Assembly: GCA_973851085.1 (NCBI GenBank)
Contig: OZ316775.1
Coordinates: 20,708,001-20,772,000, forward strand
Direction of reading: 5' to 3'
Length of the DNA: 64,000 nt
Origin: Ptychomitrium polyphyllum
Taxonomy: Eukaryota
The notes beneath the pieces were generated by a model. The model did no database searches and was not told the DNA's origin. It saw nothing but the letters and a program-made list of their open reading frames with translations. Positions within the stretch are counted from its first letter, which is position 1. Every line of letters begins with the position of its first letter. Positions 1 to 11,319 of this stretch are shown in pieces. Made by a program: the position numbers and the translations under genes.

Positions 1-189
1 TCCAGCTCTCCCGCGCAATCACTGGCATCGCAAATCCCAGAGCTTCGGCAACAATAATCGCATGCTGGGCTTGTTGCCTGCATTTGCAATTGTGCTGCCG
101 GTGAAGGACATGCACTCGGAGTACTGGGTGTCTTCGTGTTCTGTTATCTCCAGCACAGGAACAGAGCAACATCCTCTCAGAAGCCCGTT

Positions 190-1190
190 GAACAGTCGAC
201 TTTTCGTCTCACTCCTAATACCAATTCCCGCTCTCACACCTTCAAGGCTGATATTACCAAAAATTCCAACGACAGGGATCTCCTCTCCAGTGGTGCATTT
301 GGAGATGTATTCAAGCGAATCCCGGCCTCAGGAGCTCGACTGGTTGCGATGAAGCACATCCGACGCAACAAGGGATATGGCCATGCGAGCTTCGTGACCG
401 AGGGCCAACGGCTTGCGGTACATCCGCCATCGCAATCTCCTCCAACTGCGAGGGTGGTGTGAGGCCAAGGAAGGCTTGTTCCTAGTATACATCTTCATGA
501 GCAACGGCAGCCTGGACAAACTGGCTCCGCCCGAACCCCAACCCGAATCCATTATCTTGGAATGTGCGGCGGTCCATTCTGGCAGGAGTAGCGCCACGGC
601 TGGAGTATCTGCAAGAGGGATGGGAGAGATGCGTGCTGCACAGGGACATCAAGTCCAGCAACATGATGCTGGATGCGGATACCAACGCGTACTTGGGCGA
701 CGTCGGGCTGGCCCGCCTCGTGGACCACCGGACGATGCAGAAAACCACGATGCTAGCAGGGAAAGCATTGGCCTAGATGGCCCCGAAAAGGCAACGGTGA
801 ACTCGGCGTGTTTGTCTTCGGAGTGTCGGTGCTGGAAGTGATATGTGCGAGACCCCTCGTGGATCTCGTGGGCGGGAATGAAATGGAGAACTTCCTGAGC
901 TGGAGAGAGCATGGTGTGCTCATGAAGCTCGTAACATCGTAGATATGGCGAATCCAAGGCTTGTTGATGATCACAACAGCATGGATCATATGATTTTGGA
1001 GGAGTCCGCCTCACAACGATGTGTAACACTCACAACGATGGATCAATTGAAGGGAACCAGTCCACGACGGCCATATTCTTGCACTTGGGGCTTTTGTGCT
1101 GTCTGCAAAATCCCAGTGGCTGGTGGGAACGATACAGTTGCCTTTCATACTTGCAAACAAACCTGAAAGCTTTCAGTGAGAGAATGGTGT
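190..1190 (+). pseudogene. L-type lectin receptor-like kinase (LecRK-type) kinase domain, frameshifted pseudogene
   Basis: Kinase subdomains are spread over three frames: LLSSGAFGDVFK..LVAMKHI (ORF 136-462), [33 protein letters not shown] (413-841), [37 protein letters not shown] (564-776) and LHLGLLCC..P (~1080). [12 protein letters not shown] and GLARL are typical of LecRKs. DFG is changed to DVG and there is a stop at 774-776. Confidence 0.85.
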
Positions 1191-1344
1191 CACTGCTGTT
1201 ACTTTCTGAATGCAATTCTGGAGCTTCACACACTGAGCCGAAGATCTCATGCCAAATGGAGTGTCTGGAATTGTATAATAGAGCAATTCTGGTGCAGGCT
1301 TCGCCCCTAATGGATACTACATTGCGTTTGAAACGCAGACACCT

Positions 1345-1366
1345 TGTGTGTGTGTGTTGTGTGTGT
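1345..1366. repeat. (TG)n microsatellite, interrupted
   Basis: tgtgtgtgtgtgttgtgtgtgt read directly. Confidence 0.85.
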
Positions 1367-3543
1367 AATCTAGCAGTGGTGGCAGTCGACCTTTAGTGCA
1401 TGGAGAGTTTATTCATTCAAACAGTTCGTTATTAATGATTTATTGCTTAAAAGTATTGTAAAACACTTGAGCGCATTTTTCCTTTAATAATACAATTCAA
1501 AAAAATGAAAGGAAAGAAGCCAAATTTATTACAACCTTGTTTTTAAAGGTCATATGTCTAGAGTATACATGTGTGGATGACAAGAAAGTTCCATTTAAAA
1601 TAGGTATATCAAAAATTTGGCTACACTATAATATGTTGTGTTAAGCTCCTAGTATTTATCCAAAAATCAAAAAAAGTTTTGCTTATACTTTAAGTGCATT
1701 AGACATTAAGCAACATTAAAACTTCTATTGCCATTTTATTAAGGAGATTTTGTTATTGAAGTAATAATAGGTGATTTTAATGTATTATTTATTTATTTAT
1801 TTATTTAAATTATGTTTTTATTTGCTAATGCGAAAAATGTGGAATTTGAAATAAAGAAGGTGCCATATATTATTACCCTATATCCTAAAAGATAAAGGTG
1901 TTGATAGTGATGATTCCAAATTTGTACACTTTTAAATGGTAAAATATGATAATACTTGCATTAAAAGATATATTTCTAATAATAAAATCTTATGTAACTT
2001 GTCTATATTATAATTAAAGGCACATTGATGTAATGATCACTAAAAAAATGTAATTAGTTGTTAGAACTTTAAAGATATAATTTACCTTGTTATATATAGT
2101 TTGAAGAGTCATATTATGTCAATTATTACATAAATAAAAACATGAAGAGGTGTATAATTATGAATTTAATATAAGGTCATGGATATTTTGGCTAAAATTT
2201 GTCATGCACTTTATTAGAAGATACAATAACATTATTGTTGCACATATATATACACTCAAAATTTTAATTGCAAAATCTAATTGCAAAACCTATTGTATAA
2301 TAAGCTTTTATAAATACTTCATTCTTATTATTAGCATTCTAAAATACATGATTTTAATAAATATAATACATAATTGAATATCAAATATATGATTATTCAA
2401 GTATGAATATAATTAACAGCATTAGAAATGAATATAACTCTTGGTATTAATATTCTAAAACTGTTGGATTTATAAATTTAAAAATTATAATAAGATCATG
2501 ATGTTAGGATCAAAGCTTTTCAAGGAAAAAATCAATATCAATGATGAAAATGAAAAATTATTTTCTTTATCATTCTTTATTGCACTTATGAACTTGGCCT
2601 TTGAAAGCTATTTTTTTCCTTTAAAAACATTATGGCAACTCTTCAAATTTATAAAGTCATGACATTGAAAAAAATTAAAGAAAAATCATGTAAGTTTTAT
2701 AAAGCTTAATTGTTTATAGCAAATTTATAAATTTCTTATAAAAATTACGAAAACTTAATTTGATATGTAGTCCTTTTTATATTTAGAATTCAAAAAAGAA
2801 CAAGTTCAAATTGAATCAATACATAAATTGCAACATATGAATTTGCTCAAATTTTAGGCACAACTAAATTCGAACTCTTAGAGTAGATTAAATCTTCATT
2901 AAAAACTAACAAATCAATTTCAGATTTTTTAAATTGTTTTATAATTCATTGCATGAATTCAAACACTATCGTGATTGTAATGAGAATTTTTAGGTTTAGT
3001 AAGTTCTTAGAAAAAAATTAAAATTATATCAAATTAATGCATCAAATTATAACATAACATAATAAAATCCAAAATCTTTTAGTTAAATAAATAGAATCAA
3101 TATTATGGGTGATTTTAGTTATTTATATTAACTATTGAATCATCCTTAATATAACAAGGTGTTGCATAACAATGATACAAAATTATACAATTTTCTATAA
3201 AATTATTATTTATAATGTCAATTCTTTTTAATGCTTTTTAAATAGGCCGTGTAAATTATACTATGTATTCAAATAAGTCCAAAAATTTGATTATAAAGGT
3301 ATAAAATCAAAAGTTAAATTAAAATTAAATATTAATCCAAGTGCTTCAATATACTACAAATCTTTTGAAGTACTCAACATAAAAAAAAACAATCTATCTT
3401 AACATTTGAAGTTTTTGTTGAAAATAATTTGAAGAAGATCCAAAAAGCATAATCAATGGTTATTTAAAGTTTATGTTTAAACCAAATCTGGGCACTAGTA
3501 TCTTCATGAATCAATAGTCACAAAACTAGTATTATAATGATCA

Positions 3544-4542
3544 ATGACTTCTCTTTCATTAGTAGATGTTGTAAGTTCTACAAATTCAAAATCATTGAAA
3601 AACAACAAACTTTTATCAAATTGTACAACTTGCAATGGCCCACTCACAAAAAATGACAAAACTTGTCCACATTGTTACCTATCTACAATAAAAGCAACTT
3701 CCAATAAAGAATCCGCAAAACAATGTGCACAAATGAGTTATTGCCAACAAGGAAGCCAACGTTTAGATTATGTGCCAACACCAAACAATGATGCATGCGC
3801 TTGTTGTGCTGGATATTCTAACCCTAGTAATTCCTACACTCCTGGAAGTAGTTCCAAAAATGATTCCGAGAATGACACTCCCCTCTACAAATCATCGAAG
3901 AAGGTCAATGATTCACTCAGAGACCCATATGAGAATCTGGAGAAGAACTTCGATGCGTGGTATGAATACTGGACAAAACATGAAGGGTATACGCCAAGTG
4001 TGGATTTGATAGAGAATGAAGAGTCCGTAGCTATAATCTGTGGGAAGGTAAATGGTGCACAAACCACCATGCTGTTGGATACAGGATCTTCTATCTCTGC
4101 CATCACAGAGAGCTTTGCGCAACACCTGCATTTAGAGACATGGTATACAGATGATGTGTTGGTGGTCACCTTGGCGAACACACACGTCGAAAGGTATCCA
4201 GAACGGATGTGCGTTGTCACATTTGAAATTGGTGACCTTCAGATCTTGGAAGAGCTGAATGTGCTTCCTGGGCAAATTTACAACATCACTCTGGGTAAAA
4301 ACTGGCTTAAGTCACACATGGCTATCTGTGACTATGGGTTGGATATTTTGAGACTACCTGGCTCTAGACCAATCCGGATGGGTATCCCTGCACCAATGGC
4401 GCCATTCAAAAGTGCTTTAAAGGCAAAAAATAAAAAGCCTAAAAAGCAGTTGACTCAGCAACTAAAGCCACACACTTATCCGAGCCTTAGAACTTTGTTG
4501 TTTCTGGGAGGATGGTTACCTCCATGTCTTCGAACGAGGTGA
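3544..4542 (+). CDS. Single-exon 332-aa protein: N-terminal C4 zinc ribbon plus Ty3/Gypsy-type retropepsin (aspartic protease) domain
   Basis: Uninterrupted 999-nt ORF in very AT-rich DNA. CTTC-x10-CPHC zinc ribbon near the N-terminus. Retropepsin core reads GKVNG..MLLDTGSSISAITESFA, followed by YNITLGKNWLKSH and ICDY..L, matching the (I/L)LG.(D/N)WL motif of Gypsy/DDI1-like proteases. Confidence 0.75.
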   Translation: MTSLSLVDVVSSTNSKSLKNNKLLSNCTTCNGPLTKNDKTCPHCYLSTIKATSNKESAKQCAQMSYCQQGSQRLDYVPTPNNDACACCAGYSNPSNSYTPGSSSKNDSENDTPLYKSSKKVNDSLRDPYENLEKNFDAWYEYWTKHEGYTPSVDLIENEESVAIICGKVNGAQTTMLLDTGSSISAITESFAQHLHLETWYTDDVLVVTLANTHVERYPERMCVVTFEIGDLQILEELNVLPGQIYNITLGKNWLKSHMAICDYGLDILRLPGSRPIRMGIPAPMAPFKSALKAKNKKPKKQLTQQLKPHTYPSLRTLLFLGGWLPPCLRTR

Positions 4543-6421
4543 TTTGCCAAGCTTTTTGTTCATGGTTGTACACTGGTATGTAGTGAGACTGAAACTGATT
4601 GTAGTGTAAACATAATGGCCAGTGTTCTCTGTAGCAAACCTGATTTGGTGCATATCTAGTGTTTTCGAAGATTGGTATTGCTTTTAAGAAGGTTTGATTT
4701 TTTCCATTCTTTGCAATTAGAGGCCTGAAACTTGATACAAAAAAAAAATATGCAAAATAATTGAGTAGTCGCTATAAAAAACCTTTTATATCTGATTCTT
4801 CAAAAGAATTAAAAAATTGAATAGCTGTATTTTAAGAAGCTTTATTTTGAGGTACTCTGTTGTTCAAAGTTTACTTCTTGTATTGGTATAATAAATTTAC
4901 ATTTGGAAGGATGTATGAGCATCAATGAGGATATGTTAAATGAACAAAGTTTTGCGGTTGTAATGAACTTAAAAAGTACTGTGTATTTGTTACTAACTAT
5001 TTTGACAAGAATATTAAATCTCATATGTTAGAGGAATTGTCACTTGGTTTTATTATAATATTATACAATATTGTATTATATTGACTTATATTATATTTTA
5101 TTATTAAAATTTTATTATATTTTATTGTCATTTAATAAATTATATAAACTTATATTTGAACTATTGATATATTATATTAAGCACCTATAAATAACAATAA
5201 CGTTTTTTCATAAAAATTAATTATTGATTCATCAATGTAACTTTTTGTGATATGAATATATGATCAAAAATTTCTTTAATATATATCATATATTGCAATA
5301 TAGTTAATGATATGTATATTTATAATATATCATATGAATTATTATTTTTGTAGAATTATAATTATTAACGGAAATATAAATATGTGAGGCTTTAAATAAA
5401 TTGCACATTGATATATAGTCTTGGTTTCTAAAAGAATAAATATTAAATGTTCTTTACACAAAATAAATTATTTCTAAAAATGTTAATCAATTAAATTATA
5501 ATACATAAAAATAGCAACAAATGCCAAACAACTTAGTTGAAAGTAAAATCTTTTAAATACATTGGAAACTTTTTTTAAATTAAATTTTTTATCAATTGTG
5601 GCTTCATTTTATTTTTTAAAAAGCTCTAACATATGTAATACATGTATTCCATGCCATTTGAATGAAAACCCAAAATTCCAAATTAGTCTAACCTTCAAGC
5701 CATTGTGTCTTAATGCTTCGATGATAAAAGTTGCAATTCTTTACGCATGCATTGTTTTGTGATAAACATGCACATGGGAGAAAAAGATTAAATGTTGTTT
5801 TTGCTTTAGAAACATTCAAAGGTTTTTAATTGTTTACAAAGGAATCTAAATAATTTTTAAAAACAATTCCATCTTTCCAATGTTCACAATAAACGTTCAT
5901 TTTAATAAACCAAAGCCAAAAGACATCCCAAAAACGCTAGGGGCAAACGGTGCCAACATATATCTACCTTAATCACATAGAAGGAAAAATCCCTTTACAA
6001 TCCATGCTTTGCTTTCTAATCACCTGAAACTTAGTACATGTTTTACAAAGGAACTTCCTCCTTGTGGAAGATGTATACATTGGTCACCATTAACACCACG
6101 CCGCTTTTAGGTGGCTTACCTTTAAAGCATTTTCAACCCTCTCCGATCCCAGACATGTTCCACAAGAAACACATGCTCATCTCACATTACACCCCGGCGC
6201 CACACGTCAACGGCGCCACAAAACAATCACTCACCAGCTCCATTCCCAATCCCAACCCCCTACACAGACCCCAAAAAAAAAATCCGAATCAAAACAAATC
6301 CGCTTCGCACAAATGTACATCTTTCTCAGATTCCCAAGCCCCCCTCCGCTGCATCATCACCCTTTTGTCTTCATCTCTGGTCGTGCCACCTAAAACCGTC
6401 ACATTATCCAATACCAACACC

Positions 6422-6660
6422 ATGATCTATTATCGGTATGAGTCTACCTCATGAAATCCACAGGCTACGTAGATGGTGTCGGTTTCAGAACCGTCACTGT
6501 ACTCGTGTCTAACAATATCAACGGTTTCTGCAAATTTTACAGGGGAATAGATGAGCTCGCAGTTGAGCAGGATGTTAGTGCTGGGTACAGCGGCGGTTTT
6601 AGGGTGTGCATCATTGCTTGTTCATCCATATGGATGGATGAGAAACTTCGGAAACTTTGA
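6422..6660 (+). other. Candidate upstream ORFs (10 aa at 6422-6454; 69 aa at 6451-6660) in the 5' leader of the 7398-7679 gene
   Basis: ATG at 6422 reads MIYYRYESTS with TGA at 6452-6454, overlapping the ATG at 6451 (ATGA). The second ORF, MKSTGYVDGVGFRTVTVLVSNNINGFCKFYRG..., ends with TGA at 6660 and is followed immediately by ATGATG at 6661. All lie downstream of a CT-rich putative TSS region (~6320-6380) and upstream of a GT-rich intron. Confidence 0.4.
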
Positions 6661-6727
6661 ATGATGAGACCCGGGAGTGTGGGAGCACGTGACGACGGCA
6701 CCTTGACCACAACCGACACAAGCCCCA

Positions 6728-6756
6728 GTTTGGTTTTGGTTTTGGTTTTGGTTTTG
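6728..6756. repeat. (GTTTTG)n microsatellite
   Basis: gtttg followed by four perfect gttttg units. Confidence 0.9.
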
Positions 6757-7397
6757 GGAGTCAAGGTGAGAGATCATTGTACTTTGAGTTGCAGCAGCCG
6801 TGCAGGTTCTGGGATCTCGAAACTGGCCATCTTCTTCACAGGTGCGTCGTATCAGATTCGCACTCAACTGGGTGTTTCCTGTGTGCATGAGTGTTTAGCT
6901 CGTTCAACGTTTCGTTCGTGTTTTGCCATCTTTTGCACCAGAGAGGTAGGGTTAAAACTTCATAGTGGAGCTCGTAATGGAGTCTCCTTGATGGGTCTGG
7001 GGTGGTGGAGTGTTTTTGTACGTGGGGTGGTGGAAAGTTTTTGTCTGGGTGGGAGATGAGTGTGGTGAGTGGTGAGGTTTATGGCCTTCGATAGTTTCGG
7101 GCCTTTGTTGGTCTTGAGTGGGTTTTGGATGTTTGTGTGGGTGTTGAGTGAGGTGTTGTAGGTGTGTCGGTCGATGAAGCGGTGGTTTTGGTGTGTGGTT
7201 GAGTAGACCTTGGATGGTGTAATCTGGGTGTGGAGATTGAGATCCGTCGACTGGGGTTTTGACTTCAAATAGGGAGGACGTTTTAAGGATGTTTTTAAGA
7301 GTTGTGAGCTTCTTTGCTCTACAGTGTATCTGGTATTGATGATGTTGTGATATGGATCCTTGCAGTTGAATTTGGAAGAACGTGCAAACGAGTTTAC

Positions 7398-7679
7398 ATG
7401 ACGGGCACAACAGAGACATTGCCTATGGATGTTGCCAAGGACGCACGGTTGCAGCAGGAGCAGCAAGACCAGAAGAAAATATTGGATCGGAACGACTCAG
7501 TGCGTGCTCGGCTTCTTGCAATTTCGCAAGTCGAGCCAGTTGGGGACGTGGTGCCCGTAGATGCAATCACAGACATCAAGGGAAGTCCTCAACCGAGTCC
7601 CAAGGGTGACAAGGAAGACGAGTTTCGTCGCAAGTTGATGTCAATCTCGTACACGGATGTCCCTTTGCCAGCCCAGTAG
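7398..7679 (+). CDS. Small (93 aa) uncharacterised plant protein with two R.xL.xIS(Y/Q) motifs
   Basis: MTGTTETLPMDVAK...SVRARLLAISQ...EFRRKLMSISYTDVPLPAQ. The internally repeated motif resembles a land-plant small-protein family recalled as RESLIAISY/YRSKLISISY. It is preceded by acceptor cttgcag at 7365 and a GT-rich intron from a probable donor ag|gtgcgt at 6841/6842. Confidence 0.7.
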   Translation: MTGTTETLPMDVAKDARLQQEQQDQKKILDRNDSVRARLLAISQVEPVGDVVPVDAITDIKGSPQPSPKGDKEDEFRRKLMSISYTDVPLPAQ

Positions 7680-8539
7680 GTCAATGGTGGAAGCTGGCAG
7701 AAATTTGCAAGACATGTATGAAAGACCGTTGGTCTTGATTATCATTATGCTTGCAGATTTGGGGAGCGGTACGTGGCTAGAGCATGTGCGAGTACCCTAT
7801 CATGTGCGAGCAGCATAGTAATTGTTCATTAGGTAGGAGCCTGGCTTTGGAATGTTAACTAGGTTTGTAACTTGTGAGAGGTGCTTGGTGTGCCGTTGTA
7901 ACCTTTAGGGGTACTTGGTAAGATGGTTTGAGGTGTTCTAAGTTAGTTTCATGCATAAGCTTGAAACAGTGGTTAGCCTTGAAGTTTGCAAATTTCGGAA
8001 ATTGGAGTACATTCTTTGGAATAGAACAGATGGGCAATTATGTTGCAGGATTTCCAACTGACAAACCTCTTCGTGGTGAAAGGCACATTACTTGCGGTTC
8101 ATTTGTTATTCATTTGGTGGAGTTTGTCAGTGTCTTCTACTACTTGAGGGCTAAATTTGAATCATGAGGTGCATATGGCTTTTCTTGTACAAGAAAAAAT
8201 AGGATCTTCCACTTCTCCTGCCAAAGAATACAAGTTGCCTACCCTTCCTCAATTATGTCATAGATTATTCAGAGAAGCAAGTTGATAGAGAACTTTGTTT
8301 CATTCTTTGAATCTACCTTCATGAAATATCATCCGTTGGGCAACTTAAGCGGAGGACCCTGATGAAAGACTTTAGCAACCTCTTCATCAGTTCATTATCT
8401 ATATTCGAGTTGTTGACCAAGAAACATGTCTTCATGTGTTGATTCTGCTTATCGTTTCCATTTGTCCATTTTGCCCTGTACATGAATATCGTGAACTCTA
8501 AATTTTTCTCAGCAATATACGGGTAGCAGTCGGCTAGGA

Positions 8540-9677
8540 TTACCCGACAGTTGGGATTCGAGCTACCTTCTCGTCATCGTCGATGTAAAGGAGAACACGG
8601 TTTATTCGGGTACCCTTTGGTTTCCGTCTCTTGACAGGACCATAGTCAACAAGCACCCCAGGCATGTCGTTCATGATAATCTTGATTGCATCCTTGTAGT
8701 GCACTCCCTTCAACTCAGGCCATCCAGGATTTATTCCTACATATAATTTTGATTACCTCTGGTGAATGTTCTTTTGCTATACTATAGCATAGGAGAACAT
8801 AAAGAGAGCTACAGTACATGTCTTATCTTATCTTTACCATGTAAGGTTTATTCCTACATTCCATTTTGATTATACTGTGAGTGAAATATCATGGCTGTTA
8901 GTGCAACTATTCTATTTTAAAGAGTGGGTAGAATAATTAAGAAACATACTATTTGGATGCCATTGGCCATGCCTTGGAATTTCGTATATAATGTCGTCAT
9001 TTGTAAGGTAGAGCCAAATATCTGAGTCTTCCTCGTTCTTTGGTTTAATTTGTGGTGTTGGCAAAGGTTTTTGGATAAATATTCTATACTCAATATGATG
9101 TTCTATTCCTGACGTCTTCAAGAAATATTCAAAAATAGCTGACATGTTTTTATGCAGCATCTCTGGCCACTCTGTTTGTTTGTGAACACCTTTTAATTGA
9201 AATATTTTTGTTGGTGAAATTCATTTCTTTAGATTATTAATAACTCTATAACAAAAAGATTTACAACAAAATCGAACTTTCTTGCACATAAAAAATTCAA
9301 CCAGTAATTTTATTTATAAATGGATGAATATAAAATTTGATGATGGATTAGGTATTGTAAAAGTGAAGCTTTTAATATACCCTCGTAACCCATTAGCTAT
9401 AACACATGAACTATAGAAACTATCCTTGAATGGAAGTAGTAGTTCTTCACTAATGATCTATGCCTGTGGTGATTGAATGCAATATTCTGAATAGCTAGAA
9501 GCTGCTACAAGGCCGTCTATTTATGAACATATTGGATACAGATAAAGTTATATGATAGTCACCTCTGGGTTTAAAATGCATATCTTCATATTCAAATTGT
9601 GCACGTATGAGTTGTAGTACTCCGCTACTTGCAATGCTAAAAATGAGTAAAATTGCAGTGAACAGCCTCCACTTCAT
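8540..9677 (-). CDS. Secreted double-headed potato inhibitor I (PI-I/eglin family) serine-protease inhibitor, 3 exons, ~183 aa
   Basis: Exons 9563-9677 (signal peptide MKWRLFTAILLIFSIASSG...), 8950-9189 and 8540-8736, joined by phase-1 GT-AG introns that keep frame. Domain 1: KQTEWPEM...IWLYLTNDDIIYEIPRHG. Domain 2: GWPELKGVHYKDAIKIIMNDMPGV...TRINRVLLYIDDDEKVARIPTVG*. These show the classic WPEL(V)G and RV.L.VD....V...P..G signatures. Confidence 0.85.
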
Positions 9678-11319
9678 CTTGAATATTGCCTTAGTAATTT
9701 TTGCTTATAATAGATTCCTTCTGTTGATATAGATATATTGGGGCTTTGCATATAGAATGACTAACACACGCAGGGCCTTGTCTCAAAGATGATCTGAAAA
9801 AGGATGCTATGAAAGTGTAATAGTGATTCATATACACTCAGTCATTGAAGTGTTTGTTTGAGAAATTTTCTCAGTAGAAGTAGTCTGCAAGCAGTCCACA
9901 GAAAGTAGAGCTCATGGCCGTCACAAAATGACCCTCTGAGATATTAAAGGATCAAGGTGAATGTGTCAGTCCTATTAGATGCACAAGCTGATGATAACAA
10001 CTTGATATCAACATGGTTGGGTTTCTGGGATATAAAAGGACATGATCAGATTTGATATGACGTTGATAGTTTCCAGAATTTACGTGGGATATAACACACC
10101 TATTGCTTCTAAGTAGGCATCTCTAGTTCCCAGTTTGGTTTGAGCATGGACTGTGGGGAAATTCTCTCTGTCCCATTGAAGCCTTAGGAAGCAGTACAAA
10201 GCATTGTCTAGGTTTATTGATATATACTGTACTCTTTCCAAAAACCAGAAAGTTGTAATTAGTGTTGTCTTTACAAAAACGTAATCTTTTCAAACCATTT
10301 CCAACTTTGCCTATGCACTCTTACAACATTCAACCAACTTTATATCTATGTCTTTTCATGCAACGCACACATTGCATTAAAACCTTTTCTTGCATTAAAA
10401 ACTTTTGAGCATTAACACTTTTACATTTATATGAGTTAATTGTTTTGGTTTTTTGTTTTGGAAAAATCTAAGGCTTTTTCCAATCACTTAGTTCTAATTC
10501 TCATAAAAAATATATGCTTCTAATTTTTTTATATTATATTTTAAAAGTTCTTATATTTCATGTTCCAATTTAAATCCTTTATATTCTACAATGACTTTAC
10601 TTTTGTATTAGAATAATACATAGTAGGCTACAAATTCTGCATGCCTTTGTTGAATTTTTAATAACACATTCATTGTATTCTACACCAATTCTATTTTAAA
10701 TAAAATTCCATTATTTTCTTATAGTTTTTGAAATTTTTTGAATTATTTTTATGTTGACCTTCAACAAATGCATTACAAATACAAAATCAAATTATACCTA
10801 TATGCATTTTCAACCTTAAAAAGCTCTCGTAAATATTTTTATTTATAAAGTGCATCAATGGTTGTAAGAAGATATTCTCATTGTTAAATAGAATATCAAC
10901 AAAACCACATGATATTCATATATTATGGTGCATATGGCCATGCACCATAATCAAACGTGCTCAATCAAACGTGCTCCAATAATACTTCACCTCTTCTCCA
11001 AAAGTGCTAAAATTTAACAACCATTGTCTCCAAGTTGCACTTTTGCAAACATTGTCCATAAGTAGGCCATCATCTGGCTAAAGAATGTGATGTAATAGAA
11101 ATTGGGCCGCAGGAATAAATAATAAATCATGATTAAATTCTTTGTCATAAAAATGTACCGTAATTAATACTCATGGTTGAAAATCTTTCAACCCGATGTT
11201 TGTGGATAGATATTTATTTTCTGTAACGAATCGTGTGACTAATGTAGATAGAGGTATTTCTGGAAAAAAGCGAATTGTATCCTCCATCAATAAACTAATC
11301 AAATGGTCTTAAAATCTTG

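Noticed and set aside
6952..7466. Two long - strand ORFs (155 and 168 aa)
   Set aside because: Low-complexity H/T/P-rich shadows of the GT-rich intron on the + strand; no domain signal.
10922..10951. Perfect 12-bp hairpin attatggtgcat-atggcc-atgcaccataat followed by a 14-bp tandem duplication, as a Helitron end or miRNA
   Set aside because: No CTRR terminus at the expected distance on either strand, and far too short for a pre-miRNA.
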